Of a stretch of 64,000 bases of DNA, positions 1 through 8,164 are shown piece by piece. The notes under the pieces were generated by a model that was given only the letters and a program-made list of their open reading frames with translations, had not been told where the DNA came from and searched no databases. The stretch comes from Nitrospinales bacterium. Lineage in GTDB: Bacteria; Nitrospinota; Nitrospinia; Nitrospinales; VA-1. Each line of letters starts with the position of its first letter. Positions within the stretch are counted from its first letter, which is position 1. Where the stretch lies: assembly GCA_965223795.1 (NCBI GenBank), contig CBDCXL010000002.1:1-64000 (forward strand), in the 5' to 3' direction. The translations under genes were made by a program, and so were the position numbers.

Positions 1-1
1 C

Positions 2-670
2 GGGCATTACCTGGGTACCGACGACCGCGGCCGCGACGTGCTGGCGCGGCTGATCTACGGGTTCCGCATCTCCATGCTGTTCGGCATCTCGCTGGCGATC
101 TCCGGCACGCTGATCGGCTGCGCCATCGGCGGTACGCAGGGCTATTTCGGCGGCTGGGTGGACCTGATCGGCCAGCGGCTGACGGAAATGTGGGGCTCGA
201 TCCCCAGGCTTTACATTCTGATCATTTTGAGCGCGTTTCTGGTGCCTTCGGCGCTGCTGTTGTTCGCGATCCTCAACCTGACGGCCTGGATGGGCATGGC
301 GGCCTACATCCGGGCGGAATTTCTCAAGATCCGCAATTTCGAGTTCGTGAAGGCGGCGCGGGCGATGGGCGTCTCCAATTTCGAGATCATGCGCAAGCAC
401 ATCCTGCCCAACGCGCTGACGCCGGTGATCACGTTTTTCCCGTTCGAGGTGACGGCGGGAATCCTGGCTCTGGTGAGCCTGGACTACCTCAACCTCGGCG
501 TGCCCAGCCCGGCGCCCAGCATCGGCGAGCTTCTGGCGCAGGGCAAGACCAACCTGCAGGCGCTGTGGATCCTGCTGCCCACCTTCGTGGCGCTCACGGG
601 AACGCTGACGCTGCTCACCTTCGTCGGCGACGGCATCCGCAACGCCTTCGACCCGCGCAGGACCGGCTGA
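2..670 (+). CDS. Peptide ABC transporter permease (YejE/OppC-like), 5' end outside window
   Basis: Frame is open from base 2 (GHYLGTDDRGRDVLARLIYGFR); EAA-like loop FVKAARAMGVS; C-terminal DGIRNAFDPR. Confidence 0.9.
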   Translation, partial: GHYLGTDDRGRDVLARLIYGFRISMLFGISLAISGTLIGCAIGGTQGYFGGWVDLIGQRLTEMWGSIPRLYILIILSAFLVPSALLLFAILNLTAWMGMAAYIRAEFLKIRNFEFVKAARAMGVSNFEIMRKHILPNALTPVITFFPFEVTAGILALVSLDYLNLGVPSPAPSIGELLAQGKTNLQALWILLPTFVALTGTLTLLTFVGDGIRNAFDPRRTG

Positions 671-716
671 TGACGCCCCCTTTCCTTTCAACCCGATGCG
701 CTGACGAGGCCCTTTC

Positions 717-2732
717 ATGCTGCTAGACGTTCAGGATCTGCGCACCCATTTCAAGGTGGGGCTGGATAAAGTCGCCAAGGCGGTGGACGGGGTCTCGTTC
801 GGGCTGGAAGCGGGCAAGACGCTGGCGATCGTCGGCGAGTCGGGCTGCGGCAAGACGCAGACGGCGTTTTCGATCATCCGCCTGATCGCCGACAACGGGT
901 TTCACCCTTCGGGGAAAATCGTCTTCGAGGGCAAGGATCTCTCGCACATGGACGCGGAGGCCATGCGGCAGTTGCGGGGCAACGACATCGCCATGATCTT
1001 TCAGGAGCCGATGTCCTCGCTCAACCCGCTGTACCGCATCGGCAACCAGCTCGCCGAACCGCTGCGCATTCACCGCATGATCCAGAAAGGGCCGGCGCGC
1101 GAAAAGGCCATCGAACTGCTGGACCGGGTCGGGATTCCGGAGGCGGAAAAACGCATCGACGCGTTTCCGCACGAGCTTTCCGGCGGCATGAAGCAGCGGG
1201 TGATGATCGCCATGGCGCTGGCCTGCGAGCCGAAGCTGCTGATCGCCGACGAGCCGACCACGGCGCTGGACGTGACGATCCAGGCGCAGGTGCTGAGGCT
1301 GATGGCGGATCTGCAAAAGCAGACCGGGATGGGCATCCTGCTGATCACGCACGACATGGGCATCGTCAACCAGATGGCGGACAGCATCGCCATCATGTAC
1401 GCGGGCCGCATCGTGGAAAAGGGCAGCCGCGAGCAGATTTTCGGCAACCTGTCGCACCCCTACACGCGGCGGCTGTTCGAATCGATTCCCAAGCCGGAGG
1501 ACACGCCCTATCTTTTGCAGACCATTCCCGGCCTGGTGCCCCCGGCCACCGAGTACGGCGCAGGCTGCCTGTTCGCCGACCGCTGCCACCGGGTGATGGA
1601 CATCTGCCGCAAGGAGGACGGCCCGCAGTACACGATCGATCCGGGACACACGGCGGCCTGCCACCTGCACGCGCCGGGAAACGTGGTGGAATGGCAGGCG
1701 GAACGGGAAAAGGTCCCGGCGCCCAAGCGCCGGGTGCAGGCGGAACCGCTGATCGACGTGAAACGGCTGCGCACCTGGTTTCCGGTGCGGCGCGGCGTGC
1801 TGCGGCGCATCGCGGCCTACATCAAGGCGGTGGACGACGCGAAACTGTCGCTCAACAGGGGCTCGACGGTGGCGCTGGTCGGGGAGTCGGGCTGCGGCAA
1901 GACGACGTTCGGCGAGTCCATCCTGCGGTTGACGCGGGAAGCGGAGGGAACGGTGCTGTACCGGGGCAGCAACATCATGCAGCTGAACACGCCGGAACTC
2001 AAGAAACTGCGCCAGCACCTGCAGATCGTGTTTCAGGACCCGTTCGGCTCGCTGTCGCCGCGCATGACGGTGGAGGACATCATCGGCGAAGGGTTCAAGG
2101 TGCACCACCCGGATCGCAGCGACGCGGAAAACCGCAAGGCCGTCGAGGCGGTGCTGCGCGAGGTCGGCCTCGATCCTGTGGTCATCACGCGCTACCCGCA
2201 CGAGTTTTCCGGCGGCCAGCGGCAGCGCATCGCCATCGCGCGGGCGCTCATTCTGGAGCCGGAGTTCATTGTGCTGGACGAGCCCACCAGCGCGCTGGAC
2301 GTTTCCGTGCAGGCGCAGGTGCTGAACCTGCTGCGCGAGCTGCAGGCCAACCATGCGCTGACCTACCTGTTCATCAGCCACAATCTCAACGTGGTGCGCA
2401 CCATGGCGGACGTGGTCGCCATCATGTACCTGGGCCGCATCGTCGAGCAGGCGCCGGTGGAGACGCTGTTCAACAAGCCCCGCCATCCTTACACGCGCTC
2501 GCTGCTGGACGCGGTCCCCGGCCTGGGGGAAAAAAAGCCGTTCGAGCCTTTGGTGGGCGATGTGCCCTCCCCGCTCAACCCGCCGCGCGGCTGCCATTTT
2601 CACCCGCGCTGCCCGATCTACCTGAACGAACCCAAGGGTTCGCCGCTGGCGAAAAAATGCGTGTCGGAGTATCCGGGGAAAACGGGAACGGAAGCGGACT
2701 TTGCCGCCTGCCACGCGGTCAAGGGGGTGTGA
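717..2732 (+). CDS. Peptide ABC transporter ATP-binding protein with two fused NBDs (YejF/OppDF-like)
   Basis: Two Walker A motifs GESGCGKT, LSGGM/FSGGQ signatures, DEPT motifs, Cys-rich oligopeptide C-terminal domains. Confidence 0.93.
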   Translation: MLLDVQDLRTHFKVGLDKVAKAVDGVSFGLEAGKTLAIVGESGCGKTQTAFSIIRLIADNGFHPSGKIVFEGKDLSHMDAEAMRQLRGNDIAMIFQEPMSSLNPLYRIGNQLAEPLRIHRMIQKGPAREKAIELLDRVGIPEAEKRIDAFPHELSGGMKQRVMIAMALACEPKLLIADEPTTALDVTIQAQVLRLMADLQKQTGMGILLITHDMGIVNQMADSIAIMYAGRIVEKGSREQIFGNLSHPYTRRLFESIPKPEDTPYLLQTIPGLVPPATEYGAGCLFADRCHRVMDICRKEDGPQYTIDPGHTAACHLHAPGNVVEWQAEREKVPAPKRRVQAEPLIDVKRLRTWFPVRRGVLRRIAAYIKAVDDAKLSLNRGSTVALVGESGCGKTTFGESILRLTREAEGTVLYRGSNIMQLNTPELKKLRQHLQIVFQDPFGSLSPRMTVEDIIGEGFKVHHPDRSDAENRKAVEAVLREVGLDPVVITRYPHEFSGGQRQRIAIARALILEPEFIVLDEPTSALDVSVQAQVLNLLRELQANHALTYLFISHNLNVVRTMADVVAIMYLGRIVEQAPVETLFNKPRHPYTRSLLDAVPGLGEKKPFEPLVGDVPSPLNPPRGCHFHPRCPIYLNEPKGSPLAKKCVSEYPGKTGTEADFAACHAVKGV

Positions 2733-2784
2733 AGGTCCGGAATACGTCGGTTTTGGTGGGGGTTCGGGAAGGGAAAACTGCGGG

Positions 2785-2877
2785 TCAGCCGGAATCGTTA
2801 GAGGAATAGAGGTAAGCCAGTACGGCGATCACCACGACGCCCGCGACGCCGAGCAACAACAATCCAGACAATGTCAT
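2785..2877 (-). CDS. 30-aa single-TM micropeptide MTLSGLLLLGVAGVVVIAVLAYLYSSNDSG
   Basis: Hand-translated; SD GGAGGAG (2889-2883) lies 5 nt before the ATG; one hydrophobic helix. Confidence 0.6.
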   Translation of the reverse strand: MTLSGLLLLGVAGVVVIAVLAYLYSSNDSG

Positions 2878-3237
2878 AACATCTCCTCCGGTGGGCTCCC
2901 CAGCCCGATAAATAACCGCCTCTCCTCCACGGTGGGCGTGCTCGTTCACGCCGTACACCGCTCCTCAAAACGATGCCGATTTTTCAACGACGCCCACCGG
3001 CAATACATTTTACCTTCGCGATTATTAACTCAATACACGCAAAAAAGCAATTGCTTATCCACGTGCTATGGCCTCTTTCCGCTCACATTTACAAAACTGT
3101 CAGCCGCATCGTCATCAACTGTCTATTTCAAATTACAGTTGTGAAAATACTTCCCAATTTTGCCGGATTATAACAATTTTTGTCGTTTTCCTGCCGCCTG
3201 AAAAATTCCGATAATTGTATTTCGGTGTTTTATTTTT

Positions 3238-3253
3238 CGGCATGGAGTTTGCT
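3238..3253 (+). promoter_or_regulatory. sigma54 -24/-12 motif
   Basis: CGGCATGGAGTTTGCT fits GG-N10-GC and points at the lipoprotein gene at 3463. Confidence 0.55.
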
Positions 3254-3462
3254 CTTTAAATTCCCAATTCTTTTTCATTTTGTGTCTCCAGGATTGGCCC
3301 CGTCCCGATTCCGCCTCGGGGCGGGGCAGATCCGGAACACACGCGAATGCGCGGAAATTGTTAACAGGCGGAAATTCATCGACATTGATATGAACGACGG
3401 AGACACGGAATCCCCGCAGCACGGCCCGCTTCTCTGCTCTTGCACGCATACCGGGAAAACGC

Positions 3463-3843
3463 ATGAAACCATACCTGAACGGATTGTGGATCTCGATCTT
3501 TATCCTGGCCTCGGGCTGCGCCTCCAGCGGCGGCGTCATGGGGACGGGATTTCTGGGCTCGAATTCCGCAGAAAAAACGCTGAATTACCCGGTGAAAGAG
3601 GTTGTGAAAGCGGCACACCGGGTTCTGGAAGACATGGACCTGCTTTTGATGGAGGACAGCACCACCAGCGGCGGCAAAACCATCACGGCCGCGACGGTGG
3701 AGCTGGACATCTACATCGAATTGGAGGTGCTCACCACGAAATCCACGCGCATGATCGTGGACGTGAAGGACGCGCTGACGAAAAAGCACAAACCGCTCGG
3801 TGAAGACATCATCGACATGACCGCACTCAAGCTGGACGGCTAG
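3463..3843 (+). CDS. Lipoprotein (DUF3568-like)
   Basis: Lipobox LASGC; small alpha/beta domain. Confidence 0.7.
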   Translation: MKPYLNGLWISIFILASGCASSGGVMGTGFLGSNSAEKTLNYPVKEVVKAAHRVLEDMDLLLMEDSTTSGGKTITAATVELDIYIELEVLTTKSTRMIVDVKDALTKKHKPLGEDIIDMTALKLDG

Positions 3844-3921
3844 GCGGCGTATCCCTGCCCGCCCGATTCAAACGATTCCCAGACAATACCGGCTAAGGCC
3901 ACGTAAGGATTCAGCTTTATT

Positions 3922-3952
3922 AAAAAACCGGCGGCGGACCACCGCCGGTTTT
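3922..3952. terminator. Bidirectional intrinsic terminator
   Basis: AAAACCGGCGG-loop-CCGCCGGTTTT between convergent genes. Confidence 0.7.
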
Positions 3953-3962
3953 CTCCAGCCAG

Positions 3963-4196
3963 CTATCTCAAGTCGTCGATCGAAGCTCCAAAATTAATAT
4001 GAAATGGAGTGCCACCGATCACAAGCGCAGGCACCGATTTCACTCCCGCTGTTTCGGCTTCGGCGATGCGTTTTTTTTCAGTTCCCAAGTGGACTTCTTC
4101 CACCTGGTATTCCGAAGGATTCAGGGCAGCGACAAAGCGTTGTTCGGCTTCCACGCATACGGGACATCCGGCATGATAAAAGATGGCTTTATTCAT
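3963..4196 (-). CDS. Small thioredoxin/glutaredoxin-like protein
   Basis: CPVC active site, SVPAL cis-Pro motif, 77 aa. Confidence 0.85.
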   Translation of the reverse strand: MNKAIFYHAGCPVCVEAEQRFVAALNPSEYQVEEVHLGTEKKRIAEAETAGVKSVPALVIGGTPFHINFGASIDDLR

Positions 4197-4327
4197 GTTT
4201 TTTTTCCTTTCCTGTTGAGGTTTTGGTTATAAAGTCCCAATCCAACTCTTGTGTTGCCGCGTCACCCTGCTGTTCCGCAATGCGGCAGCCCTAAAAGCCA
4301 TGTGTTTTTTACCGAAAGAAGGAAGTT

Positions 4328-4810
4328 TCAGTTTCTCAATCGAGAAAACACAAAGTCCTGCTCTTTCTGGGAAGCGTGACAGGAAAAGCAGCCCTTGCCG
4401 CCATCTTTCACAATGCGCTGGTTTTTCGTGTTTTCGGCAAACGCCTCGAACCCCCAGCCGCCTGTGGCAGGATAGGCTTTTTGATCCTTTTGCATCACGC
4501 CGATCAGTTTCCGCTCGCCTTCCTGGATCGTCCGGTCGCTCTGTTTGTAGTGCAGAAGGTCGAAGACCAGCACGGACCCGTCCGGGAAACTGCCATTTTT
4601 GAAGCCCTTCAGCGCCTTCTGGTTGCCGTAGACGTGGTGCAGCCCCTGAAAGGGGTTCTCCAGAGGATGGCCCGGCTCGATGAGCATGGACTTGATGTGC
4701 GCCCACTGGCGGTAGCCTTCGGGATAGTCCACCTTGCCGGTTCCGCTGTGTACCGGCAGCGCGGTCAGCATGCAAAAACCTGCCAATAAACAACTCAAAA
4801 CAAACTTCAT
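4328..4810 (-). CDS. cytS: Cytochrome P460-family protein, cytochrome c'-beta type
   Basis: Signal peptide, YRQW, FPDGSVLVFD, GGWGF, C-terminal CFSCH; Phe at the position of the P460 cross-linking Lys. Confidence 0.85.
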   Translation of the reverse strand: MKFVLSCLLAGFCMLTALPVHSGTGKVDYPEGYRQWAHIKSMLIEPGHPLENPFQGLHHVYGNQKALKGFKNGSFPDGSVLVFDLLHYKQSDRTIQEGERKLIGVMQKDQKAYPATGGWGFEAFAENTKNQRIVKDGGKGCFSCHASQKEQDFVFSRLRN

Positions 4811-4841
4811 CGGATTTACCTCCTGAAACGTGAAAGATTAT

Positions 4842-4915
4842 TAGTATCGACTCAATACTAAATGGATTCTAGTGGAGGAAAATCCCCTTGTCAAGATAGT
4901 TTCGATTCAATACAA
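4842..4915. promoter_or_regulatory. Two copies of a 19-bp palindromic operator
   Basis: TAGTATCGACTCAATACTA (4842-4860) and TAGTTTCGATTCAATACAA (4897-4915). Confidence 0.7.
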
Positions 4916-4916
4916 T
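4888..4916 (+). promoter_or_regulatory. sigma70 promoter of the MarR gene (probably a leaderless mRNA)
   Basis: TTGTCA-N17-TACAAT; ATG 8 nt downstream; no SD. Confidence 0.65.
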
Positions 4917-4924
4917 ATATTTTT

Positions 4925-5512
4925 ATGAGCGCCTTGTTATTGCAGGAATATATCGAACGGATCTCGCACCTGCTTCGATCGGAGTCGCGCCTGAAGGGGG
5001 CGGAGTACGACCTGCAGCCCATTCAATTGGGCGCGCTGCACTATCTCAGCCGGTCGAACCGCTATTCGAACACGCCGCAGGGGGTGACGGACTACTTCGG
5101 CCTGACCAAGGGAACGGTGTCGCAGACCCTCATGGCGCTGGAACGAAAAGGCCTGATCACGAAATCCCCGGACAAGAAGGATGGCAGGGTGGTGCATCTG
5201 AATGTCACCGCCGCGGGACGGAAGCTGCTCGGCAAAACCCTGCCCGCAAAGACGGCGTCCAAAGCCTGGGAGGATCTGCGGCCCTCGGAGCAGGACCAAC
5301 TGATCGAGGGGCTCAGAAGTCTGTTGCAGGCGATGCAGCAGTTCAACGGGATGAGACCGTTCGGTCTTTGCCGGACCTGCCGCCACAACAGCAGGCGGGG
5401 AGAGGGAAAATTCTTTTGCGAACTGACTCAGGAAGCCCTGAGCGCACGGGAAGTGCAGCTCATCTGCCGGGAGCACGAAAGCCCGGACGAAGCGGAACCG
5501 GCAGCCAGATAG
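4925..5512 (+). CDS. MarR-family regulator with C-terminal 4-Cys domain
   Basis: wHTH (TKGTVSQTL..LERKGLI..DGR), then CRTC...C...C. Confidence 0.88.
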   Translation: MSALLLQEYIERISHLLRSESRLKGAEYDLQPIQLGALHYLSRSNRYSNTPQGVTDYFGLTKGTVSQTLMALERKGLITKSPDKKDGRVVHLNVTAAGRKLLGKTLPAKTASKAWEDLRPSEQDQLIEGLRSLLQAMQQFNGMRPFGLCRTCRHNSRRGEGKFFCELTQEALSAREVQLICREHESPDEAEPAAR

Positions 5513-5533
5513 AACTTCCGTCCATTCCCGCCC

Positions 5534-6097
5534 TCACGCCACGGGCGGATTGTCCCGATACTGCATTCCCTTCAGCGTTTCTTCCAGATAATTCCTGTCT
5601 TTGGGCGACCCCGTGTAGCCGACGATGGTTTTGGCCGAGGTGATGATCACCTTGATGTCTTCTCTGGGTTCGCCGGATTGCGCACGGCGTTTTCCCCATT
5701 TCTCGCAGAGCATTCCCGACACCACGCAGCAGCCCTCTCCGGTGATTTTCTCAAATCCCTTGCTCTGATAAATGTCTCTCCACGCGGTGAGTTCGAAGGC
5801 CCCCTCTTTCACATAGACGCTGATGTAAGGATCTTCTTTAAGACCGGGATGCAGGGACACCCGGTTGGGCTGCTCTTTGACTCCCGCCACCAGATCCGGG
5901 TGAACGGGCAGCTTCCATTGCAGCAACGCCTGCGGACCCGGGTGCCGCCAGTGCCAGTATTTGGTGAAAGCGAACTGGGTGACGGCCTGCGGATGCTGTA
6001 ACAGGAAATACCCGGACAACACAAACAGCAGGAAGTAGATGCGCGTGAACCAGGCAACGAAGGGATAGAGTTTCATGGTGGACTGTTTCCGCGTCAT
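5534..6097 (-). CDS. Hypothetical membrane-anchored protein (start may be 6076)
   Basis: N-terminal TM helix; follows 6105-6440 in the same direction. Confidence 0.55.
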   Translation of the reverse strand: MTRKQSTMKLYPFVAWFTRIYFLLFVLSGYFLLQHPQAVTQFAFTKYWHWRHPGPQALLQWKLPVHPDLVAGVKEQPNRVSLHPGLKEDPYISVYVKEGAFELTAWRDIYQSKGFEKITGEGCCVVSGMLCEKWGKRRAQSGEPREDIKVIITSAKTIVGYTGSPKDRNYLEETLKGMQYRDNPPVA

Positions 6098-6104
6098 GGC
6101 TCGC

Positions 6105-6440
6105 TCACGGCAGGACGGTCTGCGAGTACACGCCGGCGATGGACAGGTAGAGCAGGATCAGAGGTCCCCAGGAAAGGTAGATGAGCCGGCAGCAGGAAAA
6201 AACCAGGTAGCGCTCCATCTTTGCCTGACCGGCTGCGTCCACATAACCGCGCCAGGTTTCCAGAAACGGGATGCACAGCGTCCAGCGCACGGAGCGCGGC
6301 AGCCGGGCCAGGACCTCGCGGCCGGGTTTGTGCACGTGGGCGATCCAGCTCCAGACGCACAATCCCAGAAGGTACCCGGTCACGAGCACCATCCAGCCGG
6401 TACTGAACACTTCGGACTCTGAGGGAAGCAGGATATCCAC
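6105..6440 (-). CDS. Hypothetical 2-TM membrane protein
   Basis: Two hydrophobic segments; GTG start. Confidence 0.55.
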   Translation of the reverse strand: MDILLPSESEVFSTGWMVLVTGYLLGLCVWSWIAHVHKPGREVLARLPRSVRWTLCIPFLETWRGYVDAAGQAKMERYLVFSCCRLIYLSWGPLILLYLSIAGVYSQTVLP

Positions 6441-6483
6441 GGCAAATGGGGTCCGGAGCCGGACGTTTTAATCCACGTGTGGC

Positions 6484-6510
6484 TTATCGGGAGATTTGAA
6501 GATTCCTTGA
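6484..6510 (-). promoter_or_regulatory. sigma28 (FliA)-like promoter
   Basis: TCAAG-N14-CCCGATAA, 44 nt upstream of ORF 6440. Confidence 0.55.
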
Positions 6511-6542
6511 GGCAGAGGAAAGCGAATAAAGGTTCGCCTGCT

Positions 6543-6577
6543 CCCTGTCATCCTTCGACAGGCTCAGGATGACAGGG
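6543..6577. repeat. REP-like palindrome, family C
   Basis: CCCTGTCATCCTTCGACAGGCTCAGGATGACAGGG; relatives at 19856-19915 and 30143-30166. Confidence 0.8.
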
Positions 6578-6617
6578 CGCGAGGATCGAATCGCGGGCTC
6601 GATATCGCTGGCAAACC

Positions 6618-7022
6618 TTACGGCCCCTGGTTTATGGTGACGCTGTTGGAACCGCCGCCCTGGCTGATGACGGCGCGGTTGCCCTTGCCTTTCTGCACGA
6701 TGGAACTCTTGTTGTCGTCGCCGGACTGCGTGGTCATGGCTTCGTTGTCCTCGCCGTCCTGGGAGATGTCTCCCTGGTTGCGCTTGCCCTTCTGGATGAG
6801 GGTCAGGTCGTTGTTTTTGCCTTTCTGGCTGATGTTCTTTTCGTTGTCCTCACCGGTCTGAATGATGGTCCGTTTATTGCCGCTTTCATCCTGTTGCACG
6901 ACGGTTTCTCCTTTTTTGGCCTTGGATTCGGCTTTCGCCGCCGACTCCATGGCGATGGCGGGTTGGGCGGCCCACAGAATCAGGGCGGCCAGGGTGCCGA
7001 TCCGGGCGATATGCCTATTCAT
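6618..7022 (-). CDS. Curlin-repeat (CsgA/CsgB-like) secreted protein
   Basis: Signal peptide plus eight 11-aa N-x5-Q(-x-G) units. Confidence 0.85.
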   Translation of the reverse strand: MNRHIARIGTLAALILWAAQPAIAMESAAKAESKAKKGETVVQQDESGNKRTIIQTGEDNEKNISQKGKNNDLTLIQKGKRNQGDISQDGEDNEAMTTQSGDDNKSSIVQKGKGNRAVISQGGGSNSVTINQGP

Positions 7023-7328
7023 GTCCTCGACTCCTAAACGTCAGGGTTTTCGGGATGACGGGATGGGGGCTTTTTTATCTAACCACTCCCGCGGCCGGAT
7101 TCCAAGCGAATTCTGGCAAGGCGCGGACCCGCTTCCACGGCGCGAGCCGTATCCGGCTGAATGTATGAGGGAAAGCTTGTGGGACCGGGCGGGGACGAGC
7201 GCTTCGCCAGGGTGGTGCCAGGAAAGACGTTGATGCGCAGTCGCGGTTTGACATGCAAGCGCCCCCCGGGATCCCCAAGCGGGATCCGGGAGCGTTTGTT
7301 CACCGCTTTTTGCTAAGCCATGCTGTGA

Positions 7329-7424
7329 TCAGATGATGCCGCCGAACAGTAGAATCAGGTTCAGAATCAGGACTCCCACTGCCAGTGCGACGAAATCTCT
7401 GAAAACCATTCGGTCTTTATGCAT
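7329..7424 (-). CDS. 31-aa hydrophobic micropeptide MHKDRMVFRDFVALAVGVLILNLILLFGGII
   Basis: Hand-translated; SD AAAGGAGG lies 6 nt before the ATG. Confidence 0.65.
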   Translation of the reverse strand: MHKDRMVFRDFVALAVGVLILNLILLFGGII

Positions 7425-7739
7425 GACTGTCCTCCTTTAAGTTGAGGAATATGAAGCCCAAAGCTCTTTCAAGAAAAAGATGATAGAATCTTTCGCATTC
7501 AACTTTACTCCCGATGCTCCCGAGGAAATAGGAAGCAGGACACATTATTTTGTGACCCAGGTCACATTGGTGATCCGCGCTGCCGCCACCGTCCGCGGCG
7601 GTGTCCCGCGTCTCTCACCCGCAAACTCTATCCCAAGCACACCTCCGCTTCCATTCGCGGAGGAATTGCAGGCACCTCCACCAAACCAGTGCAGCGAAGT
7701 GTGGCTGTGCGCCGCGACGAACACGCCGCAAGCCGTCTC

Positions 7740-7769
7740 CCATGCAGAGCACCATGCATGGTCCATGCT
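7740..7769 (+). promoter_or_regulatory. CCATGC(A) x3 array, candidate enhancer
   Basis: Copies at 7740, 7752 and 7763; palindrome ACCATGCATGGT. Confidence 0.5.
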
Positions 7770-7844
7770 GTTGCGCAAACACACCTTCCTTCCACGCACA
7801 CTGTAAACAGCTAAAACTAAAAGACATTTTTGCTTTTCGGATTT

Positions 7845-7860
7845 TGGCACACCGCATGCA
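7845..7860 (+). promoter_or_regulatory. sigma54 -24/-12 motif
   Basis: TGGCACACCGCATGCA (GG-N10-GC). Confidence 0.55.
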
Positions 7861-7870
7861 TTATTCAGAA

Positions 7871-7978
7871 AGCAAGAAGGGGGAACGAGACCCCCGCTTC
7901 TTAAAAGGAGCCAAATCTCGCAGGGTCAATTAAAAGGGCTCTTGGCCGCCACAAGCTCCGAGAGCCCCTTTAATTTTT
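7871..7978 (+). ncRNA. Candidate ~108-nt small RNA (strand not certain)
   Basis: Starts at the predicted sigma54 +1; hairpins at 7874-7902 and 7928-7975 followed by a T run; no ORF. Confidence 0.4.
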
Positions 7979-7995
7979 AAAACAAAGCTATAACT

Positions 7996-8023
7996 TTATC
8001 GGAATTTAATCAAAAAGACTTGA
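7996..8023 (-). promoter_or_regulatory. sigma28-like promoter motif
   Basis: TCAAG-N15-TCCGATAA. Confidence 0.4.
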
Positions 8024-8074
8024 ATCATAAAGTTTTAACAATTATTGACCGTTATAATTGGAGGGAACTTAAAA

Positions 8075-8164
8075 ATGGACACGAATAAACATAAAAAATA
8101 CTCCATGTATTATGACTTCTCGGCTCTCGGTTACGTGCTCTGGTGCCTCTACCTTTTGTTCTGA
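8075..8164 (+). CDS. 29-aa micropeptide MDTNKHKKYSMYYDFSALGYVLWCLYLLF (paralogue of 9320-9415)
   Basis: Hand-translated; GGAGGG SD; shared motif with the second copy. Confidence 0.7.
   Translation: MDTNKHKKYSMYYDFSALGYVLWCLYLLF

Noticed and set aside
723..2714. Long antisense and alternate-frame ORFs (also 11984-13996, 13083-14858, 22648-24213, 38945-40921, 49208-50680, 62285-63928)
   Set aside because: Shadow ORFs of high-GC genes; they overlap well-supported CDSs and have no motifs
4328..4810. Hydroxylamine-oxidising cytochrome P460 (cytL)
   Set aside because: The cross-linking Lys position is Phe (SVLVFD), which indicates the c'-beta type
7480..7933. Overlapping 80-110 aa ORFs
   Set aside because: No SD, atypical composition; better explained as regulatory DNA
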